Source of the DNA: an uncultured Alphaproteobacteria bacterium
GTDB taxonomy: Bacteria > Pseudomonadota > Alphaproteobacteria > RF32 > CAG-239
Reading direction: 5' to 3'
Length of the DNA stretch: 64,000 nucleotides
NCBI GenBank assembly: GCA_949297415.1
Contig: CASFSV010000014.1
Location: 139,873 to 203,872, forward strand
Within the stretch, counting starts at the first letter, position 1; each line of letters opens with the position of its first letter. This document shows, piece after piece, positions 57,921-64,000 of the stretch. The notes beneath the pieces are model-generated. The model searched no databases, was not told the DNA's origin, and was given only the letters and a program-made list of their open reading frames with translations. Made by a program: the position numbers and the translations under genes.

Positions 57921-58054
57921 CGGGCATCTCCTACTAAATTATTATTATTTATACTAATAGCGCTAAGCAATTAAAAATTTCTTAAGTTTTTGATTTACTT
58001 TTGCCTTTTTTTATGTTACTTCCCTTTCAAAGCTAACGCTTATTCGGAGTTGTT

Positions 58055-58495
58055 ATGACGATTACTTTTGCATCTTTTATATTTGCTTTTTTATTCTTAT
58101 TTAAAGCTGTACAAAAAAATACTTTTTTTATTCTTTACGCCACAGCCATGATTTTAACATCTTATTATTGTGAAAGTCAACTTGGTTGGCGTGTCAAACC
58201 TTTTTCTCAAACAGCTATTATGTTGTTTATTCTTTTTCATTCGCCTTTAATTAACTTTTTTACTTTTGTGGCTTATGGAAGAGATAAAAAATGTGCTCAA
58301 AAAGGTGAATGGCGTATTCCCGAAGTTCAATTACATACCTTGGAATTACTTGGAGGAACAATCGGAGCCATTATCGGACAGAAATTCTTTCATCATAAAA
58401 ACAAGAAGAAATCGTATATGGCGACTTTTTTTGCAACTATTGTTATTCAAATCGGGGTTATTTTATATATTTTAAAAGCTTTGAAATTCTTGTAA
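58055..58495 (+). CDS. DUF1294-family small membrane protein
   Basis: WRIPEVQLHTLELLGGTIGAIIGQKFFHHKNKK matches the DUF1294 core (RIPE..L..LGG.GA..G...HK). 146 aa. Confidence 0.5.
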   Translation: MTITFASFIFAFLFLFKAVQKNTFFILYATAMILTSYYCESQLGWRVKPFSQTAIMLFILFHSPLINFFTFVAYGRDKKCAQKGEWRIPEVQLHTLELLGGTIGAIIGQKFFHHKNKKKSYMATFFATIVIQIGVILYILKALKFL

Positions 58496-58498
58496 ATT

Positions 58499-58984
58499 CT
58501 ACATAACCATCGCACTTGTATATAATGCTTGAGATGGCTCTATATTTTGGCGCATAACGGCATTAAATATTGGATAAACGCGCTCGCACTCCATTATAGA
58601 TAGTTCTATAATTTTGCTTATCTTATGCGTAAACAACTCTTCATTATCTTGTAAAATCAGAGAGTGCTTGAATATAGGCATTTTTTGCTCGCTCCAATAT
58701 GCAAAATGCCCCAACCATAAGTTTTCGTTTAACATTGCCAGTAATTCAAACATTTTGGCTCTGTCTACATTTGATGTTTCTATATTTAGCAAGCATGAAA
58801 TATGAACACAGCGCAAATGTTCTTCATAAGCAAAAAATATAAGCATATTGTCCCATTTACCTTGAACTTCGGCAACCAATTCATTATCTTTTCGGCGATC
58901 AAATGAAACTTTATCTCGGGAGAAAATCCCTTCTATTGTATCAATCGGATTATATAAATCTTCCTCTACTGCTAAATTTATCAC
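58499..58984 (-). CDS. hypothetical protein, YbjN-like (putative sensory-transduction/T3SS-chaperone-like fold)
   Basis: 161-aa acidic protein. Assignment is by size and composition pattern only. Confidence 0.35.
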   Translation of the reverse strand: MINLAVEEDLYNPIDTIEGIFSRDKVSFDRRKDNELVAEVQGKWDNMLIFFAYEEHLRCVHISCLLNIETSNVDRAKMFELLAMLNENLWLGHFAYWSEQKMPIFKHSLILQDNEELFTHKISKIIELSIMECERVYPIFNAVMRQNIEPSQALYTSAMVM

Positions 58985-59231
58985 CGTTTTTCCCTCTTTT
59001 CCGTTGCCGCATTCATGTTTTTATTTTTTACGCAAGCACCTGCTTAAAACAACAATAATCTGCACTTTTCCACTTATTTAAGAATTCGGTAACCTTTTTA
59101 TTTTTTATAAATTGCCTTTTATCATACACTTAGATTTTATAGAAAAATTTTTTTCTTTTTTATGTGGATTATATTTTTTTATTAATATAAATTTAAGTGT
59201 TTGCAGAGGCTTTTTTATTCGGAGTTTTGAT

Positions 59232-60026
59232 ATGTATTTTGATTTTCCTAATATATCTCCCGTTATTTTTTCTATCGGTTCTTTTTCTTTGCGTTGGTAT
59301 GCTTTAGCTTATCTTGTAGGAATCGTTTCAGCGTGGTTGTTGACTAAAAGGAATATCAAAAAATATAGTTTAGGAATCTCTGACGAGCAACTTGATGATT
59401 TAGTCTTTTATGTCACACTCGGAATTATCTTAGGTGGCAGATTGGGATATGTTTGTTGTTATGGTGATGGATATTTTTGGAGAAATCCTCAAGAGATATT
59501 TGCTTTGTGGCATGGTGGTATGTCTTTTCACGGTGGTATCATCGGTGTTATTCTCAGTTTGTATCTTTTTGCAAAGAAATATCAATTTCCGTTTCTTAAA
59601 ATAACCGACATTGTGGCTTTATATGTTCCTATCGGAATTTTTTTAGGGCGATTAGCAAATTTTGTAAATGATGAATTATGGGGAAGAGTTACTACTGTTC
59701 CTTGGGCAGTTAAATTTCCCGAAGGAGGATATTTACCAAGACACCCTTCTCAACTGTATGAGGCAGTGCTTGAGGGAGTGATGATGTTTATCGTTCTTAA
59801 TCTATTATGGAAAAAATCTTTTGTTAGAAATCATACGGGAATCATTTCTTCCACCTTTTTGATTTTTTATGCCTTCTCAAGAATTATTGTTGAATTTTTC
59901 AGAGAACCAGATCAACAAATCGGCTTTTTATTCGGAGGCATTACGATGGGACAAATCCTCTCTCTTCCGTTTTTGTTTTTAGGAATTTACATTTTACATC
60001 GCGCTACTAAAAATCAACACGATTAG
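59232..60026 (+). CDS. lgt: prolipoprotein diacylglyceryl transferase Lgt
   Basis: IGSFSLRWYALAYLVGI and the H-GG motif (HGGMSFHGG). GGAG RBS 8 nt upstream of the chosen ATG. The track ORF starts 120 nt upstream. Confidence 0.9.
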   Translation: MYFDFPNISPVIFSIGSFSLRWYALAYLVGIVSAWLLTKRNIKKYSLGISDEQLDDLVFYVTLGIILGGRLGYVCCYGDGYFWRNPQEIFALWHGGMSFHGGIIGVILSLYLFAKKYQFPFLKITDIVALYVPIGIFLGRLANFVNDELWGRVTTVPWAVKFPEGGYLPRHPSQLYEAVLEGVMMFIVLNLLWKKSFVRNHTGIISSTFLIFYAFSRIIVEFFREPDQQIGFLFGGITMGQILSLPFLFLGIYILHRATKNQHD

Positions 60027-60035
60027 TTTTCTTTT

Positions 60036-61235
60036 TTAGGCTTTGATAGTAATATTGCGCGTAAATTTACATGCCTTCTGTAAATTTTCTTCCGCACGGA
60101 TGAGTACACTCATAGCATCAGCATCGCTTCTTTTTTTCTCGCTAATACACTGCGATACTGTTAATTGCAGATTGTTATTTTCATTAAAAACAAAAATAGA
60201 CTTTGCTATACTCCGACGGATATTCTCAGCCTTTTCGAAACTTTCTGATGCATTCATATTTGTAAAGGCTAAAATTAAAGCATCGGGCTTATAATTGTAT
60301 AACAAAACATCTGCATTGACATTTCTGATACGTTCTAAAAACATCTTTTTTAATAGGAGCATTTTTCTATAGCCAAAACGTTTTTTCAAGCGTTCATATT
60401 CGTCAATATACATCAAGGAAATACTATATTTTAGCGGATATTTATTTTCCGCCTCTCGGCTGTACTCCTTATAATTATCTATATCAAGATCTTCATCACG
60501 TCTTCTGGTATATAGAACATAATCTATTGAAGAAACCAAAAGAATCAGACTTGAACTTAAAAAGAACAAACTAAAAGCCAATAAATTATCCGAATAATAT
60601 ATTCCCATATATACAGCTATTGCTGTAAATAGAGTTGTTGCACTTAATCTTTTGCCTTTTCCTACATAATATAACAAAAGTAATGTTATACATATCAGAG
60701 ATATAAACAATGCCGGATAGTTAAACATACCAATGTGTTTATAAAAATAGTACGAATCCGCGTCAATGCTATGATTTTGTAATTTTTCAATCAATGCTGT
60801 CTGAAGAAAAAGAAAAATATAGAAAATACTCCAATATCTATAGTTGCGCTGTTTACAAAATATAAAATAGGCTAACACTAAATTGGGAAGAATGAGCGCA
60901 CTCCATATATTGTATCCCGATGAAAAAATATAATCTTCCCCATATGTATATCTTAAGCTATTTATGACTAGATAACTTATATATATAACTGAAGCCTGAA
61001 TTACAGAGCTTATAACTTTTAAACTTCCCATTATCATCATGGTCAAAAATATACACCCAATAAATGATGCATGTATTGTCTGATAGTTATCTTCTGAAAA
61101 ATCAGATACAGAAAAAAAATATACGAAAAAAGTGCCGATAATTAAAATCGGCAACCACGCTCCTTTATTAAACTTTGCAATCTTTTCCAGTTCAAATTCC
61201 AGCAACATCAATCTCCGGTGATTGTTTATTTTCAC
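60036..61235 (-). CDS. polytopic membrane protein with C-terminal degenerate GGDEF-like domain
   Basis: About 7 TM helices, then ~150 aa with GGDEF-domain-like secondary pattern. The GG(D/E)EF site is replaced (YNYKPDALIL). It ends ...RAEENLQKACKF, resembling the GGDEF C-terminal helix (RADxALYxAK). Confidence 0.45.
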   Translation of the reverse strand: MKINNHRRLMLLEFELEKIAKFNKGAWLPILIIGTFFVYFFSVSDFSEDNYQTIHASFIGCIFLTMMIMGSLKVISSVIQASVIYISYLVINSLRYTYGEDYIFSSGYNIWSALILPNLVLAYFIFCKQRNYRYWSIFYIFLFLQTALIEKLQNHSIDADSYYFYKHIGMFNYPALFISLICITLLLLYYVGKGKRLSATTLFTAIAVYMGIYYSDNLLAFSLFFLSSSLILLVSSIDYVLYTRRRDEDLDIDNYKEYSREAENKYPLKYSISLMYIDEYERLKKRFGYRKMLLLKKMFLERIRNVNADVLLYNYKPDALILAFTNMNASESFEKAENIRRSIAKSIFVFNENNNLQLTVSQCISEKKRSDADAMSVLIRAEENLQKACKFTRNITIKA

Positions 61236-61269
61236 TTTCTTTATTGTTGCATATCTTAATAAGAAATAG

Positions 61270-62352
61270 TTAAATTTTATTTACACATTTTAAAATTGAA
61301 CTGTCCCCATATGAATAAAAACGATATTTTTCTTTTATTGCATGCGCATAAGCTGCTTTCATCCTCTCGGTTCCAGCTATCGCACAAATTAACATAAATA
61401 ATGTTGATTTTGGTAAGTGGAAATTTGTAATTATACCATCTATCATTTTAAATTTATATCCCGGTGTGATAAAAATAGATGTTTCCCCATTAAATGGATG
61501 TAATACCCCTTTATCATCTCCGGCACTCTCCAATAATCGAACAGATGTGGTTCCTACGGCTATAATTCTTCGTCCTTCAGATTTGGCTTTATTGATGATA
61601 TCACAGGCTTCTTGTGTTATTATACCATATTCCGCGTGCATTTTATGATCTTTTGTGTCTTCCGTTTTAACCGGCAAAAAAGTTCCTGCTCCAACGTGCA
61701 GAGTTAAAAAAACTTTTGTTATTCCATTTTCTTCCAACCGCTTTAATACATTATCCGTAAAATGCAAGCCTGCTGTTGGTGCTGCTACAGCACCTTCATA
61801 TTTGGCATATACTGTTTGATAATTTTCTTTATCATTATATTTGTTCCATAATCCTGGTAATGGCTTCTCTCTTTTTATATATGGCGGCAAAGGCATTAAG
61901 CCATACTCTTCCAATTTCTTTGATAAATCATCTACCGAACATAAGAACTCAAGTAAAACACCATCTTCTCCGTGCTTTTCTAAAACTTTTGCCTTAAAAT
62001 CAGATTGTTCCACTGATATTTCTGAGGTGTAGAATGTTACAATATCTTCGACGTGCAATCTTTTTGAATTCTTAATAAAAGCCCACCAAGTTTGTCCATT
62101 CTCAGGATGATAAAGCGTTACTTCTACTTCTGCTTCTCCCCTTTTACCATATAAACGTGCAGGTATTACTTTTGTGTCATTAAAAACTAACACATCTCCC
62201 TTTTGTAAAATATCCGGAAGATCATAAAAATGCCTATCTATAATTCTATCTTCTTGAGTTACATCTAATAATCGAGATGTATCTCTCGGATTAGCTGGCT
62301 CTTTAGCTATTAGCTCTTTATCTAATTCAAAATCAAATAAGTCTACACGCAT
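61270..62352 (-). CDS. queA: S-adenosylmethionine:tRNA ribosyltransferase-isomerase QueA
   Basis: MRVDLFDFELDKELIAKEPA... N-terminus and the PPYI motif (LPPYIKRE). The start is at the internal Met. The track ORF is 16 codons longer. Confidence 0.9.
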   Translation of the reverse strand: MRVDLFDFELDKELIAKEPANPRDTSRLLDVTQEDRIIDRHFYDLPDILQKGDVLVFNDTKVIPARLYGKRGEAEVEVTLYHPENGQTWWAFIKNSKRLHVEDIVTFYTSEISVEQSDFKAKVLEKHGEDGVLLEFLCSVDDLSKKLEEYGLMPLPPYIKREKPLPGLWNKYNDKENYQTVYAKYEGAVAAPTAGLHFTDNVLKRLEENGITKVFLTLHVGAGTFLPVKTEDTKDHKMHAEYGIITQEACDIINKAKSEGRRIIAVGTTSVRLLESAGDDKGVLHPFNGETSIFITPGYKFKMIDGIITNFHLPKSTLFMLICAIAGTERMKAAYAHAIKEKYRFYSYGDSSILKCVNKI

Positions 62353-62541
62353 CTTTTTTTCCTTTATCAGTTTTTCACGGTTATAATCCGGCTTATTCAT
62401 TTTGGCAACTTCTTTTTTACTCTCTTTTTACTTTTGACAATTTTTTAAAAAATTATTTAAAATCGACAAAAAGTTGTTGAAATAATTAAAATACTAGTAT
62501 ATACTGCCATTAAATAATGGTCTTTATTGGAGATATGTACA

Positions 62542-64000
62542 ATGACTGATGCTTTTAAAAGCATGGATTTAGATACTGCTTATGAAATTGCAGGCGGATA
62601 TATTGAAACTGATGACAAAACTTTTGAAAAAGCTTTGGAATTGGTGCGCGCCGATGATGCTCGCTTTGCTCAGGAACTCAAAAATGCACGAGACACCCAA
62701 CGTCGCTTTGCTGAAAAACAAGAAAAAGAAGAAGCTATTACAGCTAGCGCGGAAGAAGCTCTTGAAAATGCATCTTTCATTAGAAGTGAATTTGATAATG
62801 AGCAATTTAAATCATCTTTCTTTGCTGATAAAGAAATTCAAGAAGCTGAGAAAAATACGCCGGTTTACGATATTAATCCAGAAACTCAAGAACGCTTTGA
62901 ACTTGAAGGTGATGAACGCCATGCTCATTTTGAGATGTTGTTTGAAAAAGCTAAACTTGATGTTTGGCGGGAAGAAACCGGTAATAAGGAATTTAATCAG
63001 TTAGATTCTAAAAAGAAGAAAAATCGTATTTTTGCAGCTGTTAAAAGTTCTTTCTTGGGTACTTTGGCTCATTTGAGAACTTCCGCGCAAGTTGAAAATG
63101 AAGTTCCACAAGCTGCCGATGCCGTAAAATCAAATAATAGAAACTTTTTTGCTAAACAAGCTGCTTCTATGTTGGCTAAAGTTCAAAAGGCTATTAGCTT
63201 TAATAGAGAGGTTAAAATTTCCTCAAGTTCCGTTATGGCTGCTTGCGCCGAATCTGAGGCTAAAACGAATTCTTTTGCAAAGAAATTTGCTAATTTAGCT
63301 AAAAAGTCTTCAGGAAAAGCTAAAGAAGCTTATTCTAAAGTGTCTGTTTTAACACACAAATTTAAAGAGTCTTTTGCATCCAAAGCTAAAGCCGTTTGGG
63401 GACAACGTTATGAATTCATGGCAAATATTCGTGATAGAGCTCCGAAAATTGTAACTGATTTGGCGGCAACCGGCGTTTTAGTCGGAGCGACAGCCGCTTC
63501 TGCTCCGTGGCTTGGAACTGCCGTTGTTGCCTATGGCGCATATAAAGCCACTTCCGCTTGGGTATGGCCTGTTGTTATCCATGCAAGAAAAGCTCAACGT
63601 TTAGCTAAAAATGATGAAAAATCTCCGAAGATGGGCTTCTTTAAAAGATTGAAACAATCCGCAAATCAAGTTATCGGAACTAAAGATTATTATAAAGAAG
63701 CTGGTTGGGGATGCGCTGCCGGATTGCTTGGTTTGGGTGCTGCCGGTGCAACTGCTGGTCTTGGTGCCAGTGCTCTTGTACAAAAAAGTTTCCAATCTTT
63801 ATCCAGTACAGCCGTTTATACAACAAACAGTTTAACTAACGCTGTTAAAAAATTAAGAGAAAAAGATGGCAATATTTGGGGGAAAGCTGCTGCTGTTATA
63901 TCTGCTGCTGTTATGACTTATGTTTTGACTTCTTGCGGCGAACATGCGGAAAATGTTGCCAGAACGACTCAACTTAATGGTGGATTGCCTAATCTTACTA
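62542..64000 (+). CDS. hypothetical Ala/Gly/Lys-rich membrane-associated protein, 5' part (open to window end, at least 486 aa)
   Basis: Manual translation from the ATG at 62542 (GGAG 9 nt upstream) has no stop through position 64000. It is missing from the ORF track because it has no in-window stop. Hydrophobic Gly/Ala-rich helices (VLVGATAASAPWLGTAVVAYGAY; GWGCAAGLLGLGAAGATAGLGASALV). Higher GC than surroundings. Confidence 0.6.
   Translation, partial: MTDAFKSMDLDTAYEIAGGYIETDDKTFEKALELVRADDARFAQELKNARDTQRRFAEKQEKEEAITASAEEALENASFIRSEFDNEQFKSSFFADKEIQEAEKNTPVYDINPETQERFELEGDERHAHFEMLFEKAKLDVWREETGNKEFNQLDSKKKKNRIFAAVKSSFLGTLAHLRTSAQVENEVPQAADAVKSNNRNFFAKQAASMLAKVQKAISFNREVKISSSSVMAACAESEAKTNSFAKKFANLAKKSSGKAKEAYSKVSVLTHKFKESFASKAKAVWGQRYEFMANIRDRAPKIVTDLAATGVLVGATAASAPWLGTAVVAYGAYKATSAWVWPVVIHARKAQRLAKNDEKSPKMGFFKRLKQSANQVIGTKDYYKEAGWGCAAGLLGLGAAGATAGLGASALVQKSFQSLSSTAVYTTNSLTNAVKKLREKDGNIWGKAAAVISAAVMTYVLTSCGEHAENVARTTQLNGGLPNLT

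Noticed and set aside
62582-63004. 140-aa plus ORF and 78-aa minus ORF (62569..62805)
   Set aside because: Both lie inside, but out of frame with, the long uninterrupted ORF starting at 62542. Their products are Lys/Leu low-complexity.
1-64000. Search for CRISPR arrays, rRNA, IS elements, integrases and phage genes
   Set aside because: No direct-repeat/spacer periodicity, no rRNA-like conserved blocks and no transposase or integrase-like translations were seen in any frame.

Overview
This window is AT-rich (about 30-33% GC by eye) and densely coding. It is most consistent with the chromosome of an alphaproteobacterial intracellular symbiont (Rickettsiales/Holosporales-like). The basis is that the IF-2, NusA and Der sequences are alphaproteobacterial in character, and the gene content includes Sel1 and ankyrin-like repeats, a giant Sca-like autotransporter, and nucleoside salvage genes. 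The core content comprises two conserved clusters, rimP-nusA-ylxR(L7Ae)-infB-rbfA and yfgM-bamB-thyX-der, plus the operons mtaB-ftsY-xseA and deoA-pnp-cdd. Single core genes present are uppP, mutY, ileS, ruvX, queA, lgt, dtd, galU, mscL, cspA, pgpA, an MsbA-like ABC exporter, a lytic transglycosylase and an AsmA/TamB-like protein. There are two tRNAs, Gln-CUG and Leu-CAG, and several rho-independent terminators. No rRNA, CRISPR array, IS element or integrase was recognised. The accessory content I would look at first is an 1818-aa modular surface protein (signal peptide, ankyrin-like pair, eukaryote-like CxxC repeat module, repetitive passenger, autotransporter beta-barrel). Next are two tandem GT8 glycosyltransferases with N-terminal membrane anchors or signal peptides. 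Other items are a type IV pilin-like gene with atypical composition, a MIF-like tautomerase, an MscL with a C-terminal zinc-ribbon tail, two unrelated-looking HExxH hypothetical proteins, a secreted Sel1-repeat protein and an AsmA-like giant with a long low-complexity tail. There is also a GC- and Ala/Gly-rich membrane ORF running off the window end and a frameshifted ABC-F gene with the shift in A-tracts. All calls come from reading the supplied translations and sequence by eye; no database search was possible.
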